A DNA stretch of 64,000 bases from an uncultured Chloroflexia bacterium (GTDB lineage: Bacteria > Chloroflexota > Limnocylindria > Limnocylindrales > CSP1-4), in contig CAVSEO010000003.1 of the NCBI GenBank assembly GCA_963727005.1, positions 96,912 through 160,911 on the forward strand, given 5' to 3'. A program made the translations under genes and the position numbers. Below are positions 54,056 through 63,744 of this stretch, piece by piece; within the stretch, counting starts at the first letter, position 1; each line of letters opens with the position of its first letter. The notes under the pieces are model-generated. The model was not told the DNA's origin, searched no databases, and saw only the letters and a program-made list of their open reading frames with translations.

Positions 54056-54183
54056 CCCGCCGGGCCGCTCCACCGAGCACGCGGGTCGCTAGGATGAGGG
54101 AGTCGCATGGGCCGGCCGCTGGGAACGGCCTGCTAACAAGCGACTGGGGCAATCCTGGGAGGCGGGTCATGCTCGGGAGTGAC

Positions 54184-54684
54184 ATGGCGAAGACAATCGG
54201 CGGTCTGGTTCCGTTCGCGATCGTGCTCGTGGGCATCGCCGCGGCGATCTGGTGGTTGCTCTCCAGCGAGAACTCGCTGGGGAAGTGGCTGCTGGCCGGA
54301 TTCCTGGTGGCCCACGGCCTCATCCACCTTCTGTTCTTCGTGCCTGCGCCCGCCGCCTCTGGGTCCGGGCCCGAGTGGCCGTTCGACCTCGGCCAGTCCT
54401 GGCTCGTCGGCAACGCCGGACTGGACGTTGGGCTGATCCGAGTGGTCGGGGCCGCGCTCGTGATCGCCGTGGCGGGAGCATTCGTGCTCTCCGGCCTGGC
54501 GACGGCGGGCATCGTCGTGCCGTCCGGCTGGTGGCGGCCCTTGGTCGCGGTGTCGGCCGTCATCTCGGTGGTGATGCTGGCGCTCTTCTTCGATCCGCAG
54601 CTGCTGCTGGGCCTGGCGATCGACGGGGTTCTGCTGGGAGTGGTGGTGACCGCGGTCTGGACGCCGGCTTCGGTCCCGGCGTAG
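54184..54684 (+). CDS. Hypothetical membrane protein
   Basis: AHGLIH, SWL, WW, five TM helices. Confidence 0.75.
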   Translation: MAKTIGGLVPFAIVLVGIAAAIWWLLSSENSLGKWLLAGFLVAHGLIHLLFFVPAPAASGSGPEWPFDLGQSWLVGNAGLDVGLIRVVGAALVIAVAGAFVLSGLATAGIVVPSGWWRPLVAVSAVISVVMLALFFDPQLLLGLAIDGVLLGVVVTAVWTPASVPA

Positions 54685-54703
54685 CCCGATGCGGCGAGTG
54701 GGC

Positions 54704-55132
54704 ATGTTGGGTCGGCGGTTCGCGGTCTTAGTCCTTGCCGCGGCCATGGTCGCGACCGGCTGCTCCGAGGCGGCGGACCCTCCGGGCAGGTGAGCGTCAG
54801 CCGAGACGGCGGTTCGGTCGTCTTGACCAGTTCAGCCCAGGGGCGCGCGGATGTGAAGATCCAATTCACGCCAACAGGCACGCCGGCGGTTCGATTCTCA
54901 TCGTCCAAATCGTTGGGGCAGGGCGTCTCCGACCTGTACATGTTCGGGCTTGTCCCGATTGAGGCCGGCGAGCGTCGAGACCATTCCGGCGGGCTCGGCC
55001 AAGATCCAGCCGGACGGCACGTTCCTGGCGGTAATTCCGAACCAGGCGCAGTCGCCTTTGCCGAGCGTTCACTGGCGCTTCCTGGCAAGCGACGGCTCCG
55101 TGCTCGCGGAGGGCGACGGCGCGAACAACTAG
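54704..55132 (+). CDS. Hypothetical exported protein (frameshifted)
   Basis: Beta-rich segments in ORFs 54790 and 54950 ending WRFLASDGSVLAEG. Confidence 0.35.
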
Positions 55133-55167
55133 GGCGGCGAGGATGGCCAACTTCGCACGCGTCGCCG

Positions 55168-55383
55168 CTAGGCGGGCGGGTCGGCGGTCCACCGGAGGAT
55201 GTCACCCGGCTGGCAATCGAGCACCCGGCAGATCGAGTCCAGGGTGGTGAAGCGGATGGCTCGGGCGCGCCCGTTCTTCAAAACGGCGACGTTCGCCGGG
55301 GTGATGCCGACGGCGTTGGCAAAGTCGCCCACGCACATCTTGCGTCGGGCGAGCATGACGTCGAGCTCGACGATAACGGCCAT
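55168..55383 (-). CDS. YozG-like Cro/C1 HTH regulator
   Basis: LDVMLARRKM, VGITPANVAVLKNGRARAIRFTTL, LDCQPGDIL. Confidence 0.93.
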   Translation of the reverse strand: MAVIVELDVMLARRKMCVGDFANAVGITPANVAVLKNGRARAIRFTTLDSICRVLDCQPGDILRWTADPPA

Positions 55384-55859
55384 CAGATCACCTCGTCGAG
55401 CTCGGTGCGGTCGGCGATCGCCGACTCGAGCAGGCCTCGCATGACGACCATGAGGAGCACGAACGCCAGCCCGCCGGCGACGCAGGCGGCCAGGTAGTAG
55501 ATCATTGGTCCGCCGCCGCCGGGGACGAAGCTGAGCATGTGGATCCAGACGCCTGCGCTCAGAACCGTGGCGACCGCCCCGCAGGCCGTGATGACGTCGA
55601 CCCAGCGCAGGGCGCGGCGGGTGAAGATGACCCCGCCGTCGACCATGGACAGCAGCCGCCAGACGGCGAGCAGCGCCACCTGACCGCATCCGATGAAGAG
55701 GATGGCGGCCACCGAGTACGGAACGACGAGGTACGCGACTTCGGGGAAGATCCTCCCTTCCTGGGACGCGAGCACGGGCAGGAGTACCTGCGCGAGCACG
55801 GTTCCGAGCAGGAGGACGACAAGAGCGACGCGGAGAAGCCGACTTGCGAGCATGTTCAT
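55383..55859 (-). CDS. DUF2975 membrane protein
   Basis: VWRLLSMV, IF...ALRWVD, VMRGLL, ELDEVI; overlaps the HTH start. Confidence 0.9.
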   Translation of the reverse strand: MNMLASRLLRVALVVLLLGTVLAQVLLPVLASQEGRIFPEVAYLVVPYSVAAILFIGCGQVALLAVWRLLSMVDGGVIFTRRALRWVDVITACGAVATVLSAGVWIHMLSFVPGGGGPMIYYLAACVAGGLAFVLLMVVMRGLLESAIADRTELDEVI

Positions 55860-56119
55860 CTATCGAGTGTCGATGGCTTTCGCTCGACTGTCAATAGGTC
55901 ACTCGGCATCCGGCGGCTTCATAAGGCGGTGCGGTCGGTCACCAGTAGACAACCGTCCGCACGGCGGACACAGACAGGCGAGCCCGATCTTCAGTATTCC
56001 TTGAGCAGAACGTGGTCTAGTGAGCGCAGACTGGGACCCGAGACGGGGCCCACTATCCCGGTGCATCCGCCGGCAGGCGCCAATTCGCCCGAAGCCGGCA
56101 GTGACAAGAGGTTGAAACC

Positions 56120-56917
56120 ATGACTCCGAAATCGCGCTTGCTCGCCTACGTGCTGGCCGGCGCACTCGTGTTTGTGAGCGTGGCCGCGGTGGCCTACGCC
56201 GTCGGCGTGTCGAAATCGCAGCAGCAACAACGTGGCTCCGGCGGCTCAGTCCACCCTGCCTCCGGGCAATCCCGGCTTCGGGGGGCAGGGCGGGATGGGC
56301 CAGGGCGGGATGGGCCAGGGCGGGATGGGACCCGGCGGCTTCGGCCAGGGTGGCTTCGGACCCGGCACCAATCGCGGCCAGGTCGCGCCGACGGCCTTCG
56401 GGACGGTCACGGCCCTCGGCTCGAACTCGGTGACGATCAGTCAGCAAGGCGGTTCGACGCGAACGCTGACCCTGACCGGTTCCACGACTTACACGATGGG
56501 CGGCGCCACGGTCGGCCAGAGCGCCATCGTGGTGGGCGTCCGGATCCTCGCCCGCGGAACCGTTGACTCGTCCGGCAACTTCACCGCCACGGCGGTGAAC
56601 ATCCAGCCCGCCCAGGTCTGGGCACGGTCGCCAGCAAGACCGCAAGCACGATCGTGGTCACGACCGCGGCCGGCAAGACGGTCACGGTCAACGTCTCGTC
56701 CTCGACGAAGTACTCCGTGCGAGGCGTCGCGTCGGCGACCCTGGACAGCGTCGCGGTGGGCTACACGATCCAGGCGCAGGGAACGCTCAACGCCGACGGA
56801 TCGCTCACGGCCACGGCCGTCCAGGCGGGCTCGAACGTCCGCAAGGGCCCCCCGAGCTTCGGTGGCGGCCAGACCGTACCCACGCCGTCCGCCTCGCCTT
56901 CAGCCCCAAGCGTCTAG
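56120..56917 (+). CDS. DUF5666 tandem-domain exported protein with GQGGM repeats (frameshifted)
   Basis: Two G.V......T......T.Y......I.VG..I.A.G.....TATAV units; N-terminal TM. Confidence 0.8.
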
Positions 56918-57016
56918 GTAGCCGTTCAGTCGATCGATGGGTCGGTCGCGGCTCCCTTGGTCGCGGCCGACTCGCCATCGCCTGCCGCCCTCGACCGCCC
57001 GTGGGAGAATCGGGGA

Positions 57017-57373
57017 GTGAAGGCCAAGCTAGTTTCGTTCGGGCATCTCGAGATCGACGGCGAGATGTACCGCAAGGACGTGGTCGTGGACGGCGGCAAG
57101 ATCCGCAAGCGCGACAAGGGGCCGTCCAAGGAGCGCTACGCCAAGAAGTGGGGCCACACCCCGCTAACCGCGGCCGAGGAGATCCCCTGGGGCGGCAAGC
57201 GGCTGATCATCGGGACGGGCGCGCACGGCGACCTGCCGATCTGGCCCGACGTCCGCGAGGAAGCGGCCCGGCGCGGTATCGAGATCGAGGCGCTGCCGAC
57301 CGAAGAGGCCTGCAAGCTGGTGAAGGACCTGGACGCGGACGAGGTCTACGCGATCTTCCACGTCACCTGCTGA
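57017..57373 (+). CDS. Mth938-like (DUF498) protein
   Basis: SFG.LEIDG..Y..DVV, GH, IIGTG, T.EA, FHVTC. Confidence 0.88.
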   Translation: MKAKLVSFGHLEIDGEMYRKDVVVDGGKIRKRDKGPSKERYAKKWGHTPLTAAEEIPWGGKRLIIGTGAHGDLPIWPDVREEAARRGIEIEALPTEEACKLVKDLDADEVYAIFHVTC

Positions 57374-57391
57374 GGCAGGCGTCGCGGCGAC

Positions 57392-57904
57392 TTACCGGCG
57401 TTGCCGCAGGCGAAGTGCGATACCGTCGGCCCAGGAGTCGATCGCCGCCCAGTCGCGCCAGTCGCCCTCGGGCATGAACTTCCGGCTGACGAAGCGTTCG
57501 ACGGTGCTGAGGTCGCTGCCGTCAAGCGTACCCCGGTCGAGTGCCCCGGCGAAGACGCGATGGTCGACGGGCCTGATCGACCGTCGGAGACCGGCGATCT
57601 CTTTCGGCTCGATCGGCGAGCTGGACGTGGCCCATTTCCCGACCGGACCGACGCTGAAGAGCCAGACCGGGCAAGCTGAAAGGGCCGTCTTGCTCCGCTT
57701 CACCAGCGCGGACGCCTGCTTCATCCAGTGCTGGCCGTAGACGCCGCTGCCGATGACGTAAGCGTCGGCCGCCGGCAGATCGCCGACCCGCTCCGCTGCT
57801 TCGATCTGGACATCCAGGCCGGACGAGCCGAGCCGTGCGGCGATGCGCTCGGCGATGCCGCGCGTGGCGCCGAGGCGGCTGCCGTAGATGACCGCGACTC
57901 TCAT
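57392..57904 (-). CDS. Flavodoxin-domain protein (HemG-like)
   Basis: YGSRLGATRGIAE, GSGVY..HW, VWLFSVGP, FAGAL, GDWRDW. Confidence 0.88.
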   Translation of the reverse strand: MRVAVIYGSRLGATRGIAERIAARLGSSGLDVQIEAAERVGDLPAADAYVIGSGVYGQHWMKQASALVKRSKTALSACPVWLFSVGPVGKWATSSSPIEPKEIAGLRRSIRPVDHRVFAGALDRGTLDGSDLSTVERFVSRKFMPEGDWRDWAAIDSWADGIALRLRQRR

Positions 57905-57917
57905 CTCATTCGCTGCG

Positions 57918-58278
57918 CTAGCGGCTTCGCTGCGTGATTCCAAAGACGTTGCCTTCGGGGTCGCGGAAGGAGCACCAGCGGTAGGCCGAATCCGGCCCGC
58001 CCTCGATCTCACCTATCGGCGTCACCCCCGCCTCGAGCAGTTGAACCCGCGCAGCCTCGATGTCCTCGACGGCGAAGCTGACCTGGTAGCCACGCTCGTC
58101 GTTTGGAGGGAACGAGCTGCGTGGCATCAGCTCAAAGAGGTCTCCGCCCATGTCGAACTGGGCGTAGCCGTCGCTTGCCTCGGTCTCCGCGAGGCCAAGG
58201 GTGTCGCGGTAGAACTCATCGCTCCGCCTCGAAGTCGTCGACAACGACTCCGATGAATATCGGCCACCCGAGCTTCAT
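57918..58278 (-). CDS. VOC/glyoxalase family protein (frameshifted)
   Basis: IGVVVDD, FYRDTLGL, FAVEDI, FRDPEGN. Confidence 0.85.
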
Positions 58279-59076
58279 CTGCGGACTATGGCAGGCGATA
58301 CGCAGAAGAAGTCGGCCAGCACCGGCGCGAGAACCTTCGCGTCCACGGCGTGGGGCTGGCCGGGCAGCTCCTCGTAGCGGGCGTGCGGGATCGTCTCCGC
58401 CAGCGCGTGGGCCGTGGTCTTCATGAAGTCGAAGCCTTCGCCGCCGTTCATCGCCAGCGTCGGCGCCTCGATCCGGCCGCCCGGTCGTACGGGATGATGA
58501 AGCCGTTCATGCAGGCGGCGTCGTAGGAGAGCGTCGGCGCGATCGCCTCCATGCCCGCCCATGCCGGCGACTGGCGCATGCCCGCGATCATGTCCGGCGG
58601 CACGCCCACGACGGTCATGAACAGCTCGACGGCCTCGCCGCGCTTGCCCTCGGAGAGCAGCCTGTTGACCTTGGGTTCGTAGTCGTCGGGCCCGTTTCCG
58701 CCGGCAGGCGAGCCGTACGGCGGCTCGTACAGCGCCAGCGCCTTGACCTTGCCGCCCAGCCGGGCCGCGGCCTCGAGCGCCAGCGCGGCTCCGGACGAGA
58801 TGCCGTAGACGAAGGCGGAGCCGCCCGCTTCGTCGATCAGGGCCTCGATGTCCTCCACCTCGCGCTCGACGGCGTAGGGCTTGGTGTCGCCGCTCTCGTC
58901 GCGGCCGCGCCGATCGTAGTTGTAGACGGTCAGGTCGCTCGCCAGCAGCTTCGCCAGCTCCGACCCGGAGGCCGCGGCCCGCTACCCAGCGCCCCATCGA
59001 CGAGGATCAGGGCCGGTCCGTAACCCTGCTTGTCGTAGGCGATGGCCGTTCCGTCCTTGGACTTGACTGTCGGCAT
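58275..59076 (-). CDS. Alpha/beta hydrolase (frameshifted)
   Basis: SKDGT.IAY, YDRRGR.ESGD, GISSGA, YEPP, TLSYD, PGQPH. Confidence 0.9.
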
Positions 59077-59643
59077 GGCTGCACCTCCTCCTGACTCGGT
59101 CCGTCGTCGTCTGGCCCAGATTGGCGTTGTTCGCGGGTCGAGTGGCGCCGTCACCCCGAGCTGTTCCGCTCCGAGGTACGGGAGGTGCGCCTGCCGGAAC
59201 CGGGGCGTGCTGGGCTGGTTCGGGGCGGCCTCAGGCTCCTTGGTGTGGCGCGGTCACGGCAACGCCCCGATCAGCAAGAGTCGATGCCCTTCTGGACATC
59301 GATCACGAACGCCATCTCGTGGCCCGGGAGACCTACCGGTCGCGTCGCCTCGGACGCAAGCTCAAGGACGCGTAGAGGGCACCCGGCACGGACGTCAATG
59401 CAGATGAAACTCGGCCAGACGCACGAGGAACTCAGTCATAGCCGCGGTCGCATCTTCGACGGAGATCGAAAACCCCGCCCTTCACCGGCCACCAGTTCGC
59501 GCCATCGCGTTCCAGCTCAGTCTGGAGCTGCTCGGGGACTCCGCGCCCGACGAAGGTTCGATCTCCGCGATATCCGAATTGGCCCAGAGGCAGGCCACGT
59601 TGCTATGTCCGGCGGCGGTTACCCGGTGACTTCCTTGAAACGG

Positions 59644-62600
59644 CTACGAGCACCCGCTCGTGGAGCCGCAGTTGAGGCACTTGTAGCAGCTGCCGTTGCG
59701 GACCATGATCGAGCCGCATTCGGCGCAGGAGGGGGCGTCCGCCTGGGCGCTGAAGGTGACCTGGGCCTTGCCGATGCCGAGGTTGCCCAGGGCGGCGCGG
59801 ATGCCGGCGGAGCCGTTGCTCTTCCCGTTGCCGTTGCCACTTACGGGCGTGGCGTCGGAGCGGGGAGTGTCGAGGGGCCGCTCACTGGCGGGCGGCGTGG
59901 TGGCCGTGGCGGTCGTGGAGCTGCCGCTCTCGGCCGCGTCAGCGGCCGGGCCGGCTTCGCCGGCGCTGCCACTCCCCGGTGAAGCTTGCCCGGCGGCGCC
60001 AGACGCACCGCTCCCTGAGGTCCCGGCGCCACCAGAATCTGCGGAGGAGGTTCCGCCGAGACCCAGGTTGAGAGGCTGCACAGACGATTCGCCGGTCGAC
60101 GTCCGGTCGACTAGACCAAGCGTGGCTCGGTCTTCCGGCGGCAGGAACCGCGATCCCATCCAGCGGAAGATGTAGTCGATGATCGACTTGGCGATCGGGA
60201 TCTCCGGGTTGGCGGTGAAGCCGGACGGCTCGAACCGGACGTGGGCGAACTTGTGGACCAGGTCGTGCAGCGGCACCCCGTACTGCAGGGCGACGCTGAC
60301 CATGGTCGCGAAGCTGTCCATCAGGCCCGAGATCGTGGAGCCTTCCTTGGCCATCTTGAGGAAGACCTCGCCCGGCTGGCCGTCGTCGTAGAGGCCGACG
60401 GTGATGTAGCCCTCGTGGCCGGCGATGTCGAACTTGTGAGTGATGGCGTTGCGCTCGATGGGGAGGCGGCGCCGGTACGGCTTCGGCTCGGGGACCATGG
60501 TCGGCGGCGAGCGCGGCGGCGGCCCCGGCGAGATCGGCCGCGGAGTCGGTGTCCTTCTTCTTGCCCGTGTTGAGCGGCTGTGAGCGCTTGCTGTTGTCGC
60601 GGTAGATCGCGATCGCCTTGAGGCCCATCTTCCAGCCCTCGAGGTAGACCGTCTCGATCTCCGCGGGGGTGGCCGCCTCGGGCATGTTGACCGTCTTGCT
60701 GATCGCGCCCGAGAGGAAGGGCTGGACCGCCGACATCATGCGGAGGTGGCCCAGGTAGTGGATGGAGCGCGTGCCGTTCATCGGCTTGAAGGCGCAGTCG
60801 AAGACCGAAAGGTGCTCGGGCTTCAGCTCGGGCGCGCCCTCGATCGTCTCGCGCTCGTTGATGTAGGCGACGATGGCATCGACCTGCGCGGCCGAATAGC
60901 CGAGCTTGCGCAGGGCGGCCGGGACGGTCTGGTTGACGATCTTGAGGAAGCCTTCGCCGACGAGCTTCTTGTACTTGACCAGGGCGATGTCGGGCTCGAT
61001 GCCGGTGGTGTCGCAATCCATCATGAAAGCGATGGTGCCGGTGGGGGCGAGCAGGGTGGTCTGGGCGTTGCGGAAGCCGTGGGCCTTGCCCAGGACCAGG
61101 GTCTCGTCCCAGATGTCGCGCGAGGCGCGGTGCATGTCCGCCGGGACGCTCTGCTTGTCGGGGATGCCGTGGGCGGCGTCGCGATGCTTCTCGATGACGC
61201 GCAGGAACGGCTCCTCGTTCTTGCGGTATTCGGCGAACGGGCCGCCGTGGTCGCGGGCGACGATGGCGCTCTGGCGGTAGGCCTCGGCGGTCATGATCGA
61301 GGTGATGGCGGCGGCGTAGGCCTGGCCTTCGGAGGAGTCGTAGGCGAGGCCGCGGCTCATCAGCAGGGCGCCCAGGTTGGCGTAGCCCAGGCCGAGGGGC
61401 CGGAAGAGGTGCGAATTCTCGGTGATCTTGGGCGTGGGGTAGCTGGCGTTGTCGACCAGGATCTCCTGGGCGGTGATGGTCAGGCGGCTGGCGTACCGGA
61501 ACGCCTCGACGTCGAACTCGCCGTCGTCGCGCACGAACTTCATCAGGTTGAGCGACGCGAGGTTGCAGCTGGTGTCGTCGAGGAAGCTGAACTCGCGAGC
61601 ACGGGTTGGTGGCGTGCTGGCGGTCCGAATTGGCGACCGGGTTCCAGTCGTTGATCGTGGTGTCGTACTGGATGCCGGGGTCGCCGCAGACCCAGGCCGC
61701 TTCGGCCATCTCGTGGAAGAGGTCGTGGGCCTTGAAGGTGTCCATCGGGGCGCCGCCGACGACGGCGTGGGTGGTCCAGGAGCCGTCGGCCGCGACCGCG
61801 CGCATGAAGTCGTCCGTCACGCGGACGGAGTGGTTGGCGTTCTGGAAGGCGACCGAACCGTAGGCCTCGCCGGTGAAGCTCGGGTCGTAGCCGGCCTCGA
61901 TCAGGGCCCAGGCCTTCTTCTCCTCCCGCAGCTTGCAGTTGATGAATTCCTGGATGTCGGGGTGGGTGACATCGAGGATCACCATCTTGGCGGCGCGGCG
62001 GGTCTTGCCGCCCGACTTGACCACGCCGGCGAAGGCGTCGTAGCCGCGCATGAAGCTGACCGGGCCGGAGGCGGTGCCGCCGCCCGACATCTTCTCCTTG
62101 CTCGATCGAATGGTGCGACAGGTTCGAGCCGGCGCCCGAGCCGAACTTGAACAGCATCGCCTCGGTCTTGGCCAGGTCCATGATCGAGGACATGGTGTCC
62201 TGGACCGAATTGATGAAGCAGGCGGAGCACTGGGGGTGCTCTTCGACGCCGACGTTGAACCAGACCGGCGAGTTGAAGGCCAGCTTCTGGTGGACGAGCA
62301 GGTGGGTCAGCTCGGCCTGGAAGGCGCGGAGGTCTTCGTCCGTGGCGAAGTAGTGCTGGGTTTCGGCCCAGGCGGTGATCGTGTTGACGACGCGGTCGAT
62401 CAGCTGGCGGACGGAGGTTTCGCGCTCGGGCGTGCCGAGGTGGCCGCGGAAGTACTTGCTGACGACGACGTTGGTGGCCAGCTGGCTCCAGAACGCGGGA
62501 ACCTCCACGTCCTTCTGCTCGAAGACGTTGACGCCCTTCTCGTTGCCGATGGCGGCGGTGCGGGTCTCCCACTCGATCTCGTCGTAGGGGTGGACGCCGG

Positions 62601-62815
62601 GGCGGGTCCAGCGGCGCGGGAACGTGAGGCCCTTGACGCCGATGCCGGTGAAGCGGCCGTCGGGGAGCATGGCGGCGGTGGCGGAGGCCGTGGCGAGTGG
62701 CGGCCGTGGCCGCTCCTGCCCCCGGCGCGGGCGCGAGGCTCTCATCCATGACTGGGATCCCGATCGGGGCGGTCGCTGAGGGGGCGCGCTCGGCGGCTCG
62801 ATTCATCTCCTGCAC
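59644..62815 (-). CDS. nrdJ: Vitamin B12-dependent (class II) ribonucleotide reductase, several frameshifts
   Basis: FNSPVWFN, QCSACFI, GGKTRRAAKM, TNPC, CNLASLN, LGLGYANLG, APTGTI, AISKTVN, YRD; TSCPD domain; C-terminal CAECG...CLNCG. Confidence 0.96.
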
Positions 62816-62860
62816 CTCTGTTGTATCTCCGCGGCGTCTTCATCGGTGTGGCTTGTCCAG

Positions 62861-62955
62861 TGGCGTGGTTCGTGGCGGCGTGGCGTGGTTCGTGGCGGCG
62901 TGGCGTGAAGTTCGTGGCTGGCGTGCGAGGTCCGTGCTGGCGCGCGAGGTCGGTG
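62861..62955. repeat. Tandem repeats in the nrdJ leader
   Basis: TGGCGTGGTTCGTGGCGGCG x2 plus a degenerate third copy; then CTGGCGYGCGAGGTCSGTG x2. Confidence 0.75.
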
Positions 62956-63139
62956 TGGCCGGTCTCCCTGCGGCCCGGAATCGGAGATTCGCAGCCTCAC
63001 CTCGATAGACTGCGAGGCTCGCTCCTTCGATCCGCCGTCCCTTCTCGTTTTCGGTCGCTTCCTGGGGCCGCCTCGGGCGTTATCTGTCGCGCGGTTCTGG
63101 CGCTCGCCTGACTCGCCTGGCGGCCGACGCAACCGGTCG

Positions 63140-63168
63140 AATGTACGCCCGCCGCGGACCCCAGTCAA
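63140..63168 (-). promoter_or_regulatory. Sigma70 promoter of nrdJ
   Basis: TTGACT-N17-TACATT. Confidence 0.7.
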
Positions 63169-63177
63169 GCCCCGAAA

Positions 63178-63226
63178 ACACAAGATGTTGTGGTATCCTG
63201 CCATCCGCAACCCCTACATCTAGCGC
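63178..63226. promoter_or_regulatory. Tandem NrdR boxes
   Basis: ACACAAGATGTTGTGG (63178) and CCCCTACATCTAGCGC (63211) fit the core CwAnATnTwG; starts 33 bp apart, upstream of an RNR gene. Confidence 0.85.
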
Positions 63227-63239
63227 TTGGCCCCGATTC

Positions 63240-63303
63240 TGTGGAGAACCGCCGGGGCCGCTGTGCATGCCCTGGGGATCGTCTGTGGACGCCGTGTGGA
63301 CGA
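63240..63303. promoter_or_regulatory. Phased array of DnaA-box-like 9-mers
   Basis: TGTGGAGAA 63240, TGTGCATGC 63262, TGGGGATCG 63273, TGTGGACGC 63284, TGTGGACGA 63295. Confidence 0.55.
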
Positions 63304-63401
63304 GCGTCCCGGCCACGTTCCGGACGCCCGCGCATGCCGCCGCGCAACGTGGTCCCGCAGGCCGCCGGACGGGCCCGGTCGGTGTTCCGGGGCACGTCCA
63401 A

Positions 63402-63422
63402 CGGAACGTCTGTTCTATTATA
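63402..63422 (-). promoter_or_regulatory. LexA (SOS) box adjoining a perfect -10 element
   Basis: Minus strand TATAAT-A-GAAC-AGAC-GTTC. Confidence 0.65.
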
Positions 63423-63500
63423 CGCCGTCTGTCGAGCTGCGGCGTGGCCCACGCCGACGTCGCCGGCGCGGCGGCCCGACGGAACCGAGGAGGGCCCGGC

Positions 63501-63689
63501 ACTCGGATTTCCTCTCAATTCCACTGGCGGTGGTGCTACGCGGGACCCGGATGCCCGCGGCGGTCAGGGGCCGGACAGTCTGAGCGTGGATCCAGCCGAT
63601 CGAGGCCCGCGGAGGGTCACAGATGGGCCGCCCGGAGCCCGACTCCGCACTTAACTCCGCTGGTGGTGGAATTGGGGAGAATCCCGGGT
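63501..63689 (+). ncRNA. Candidate structured ncRNA (6S-sized) or MITE-like fold-back element
   Basis: ~30-nt imperfect terminal inverted repeats with G-U wobbles on the plus strand and nested internal stems. Confidence 0.35.
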
Positions 63690-63744
63690 TGGTCGGCGCG
63701 CGCGGCCCGGCCACGCCATCCGTGGCGCGGCGCCAGCGAGCCGC

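Noticed and set aside
59800-60130. Intein or insertion element in nrdJ
   Set aside because: Ala/Gly/Ser/Thr low-complexity linker before the zinc ribbon; no splicing motifs.
62861-62955. Tandem repeats as a CRISPR array
   Set aside because: No spacers, only 2-3 units and no cas genes.
63165-63524. 119-aa minus-strand ORF upstream of nrdJ
   Set aside because: No SD, no recognisable motif, and it overlaps the NrdR, DnaA-like and LexA sites.
63501-63689. Retron msr-msd or SRP RNA
   Set aside because: No reverse transcriptase in the window; no SRP helix-8 motif on either strand.
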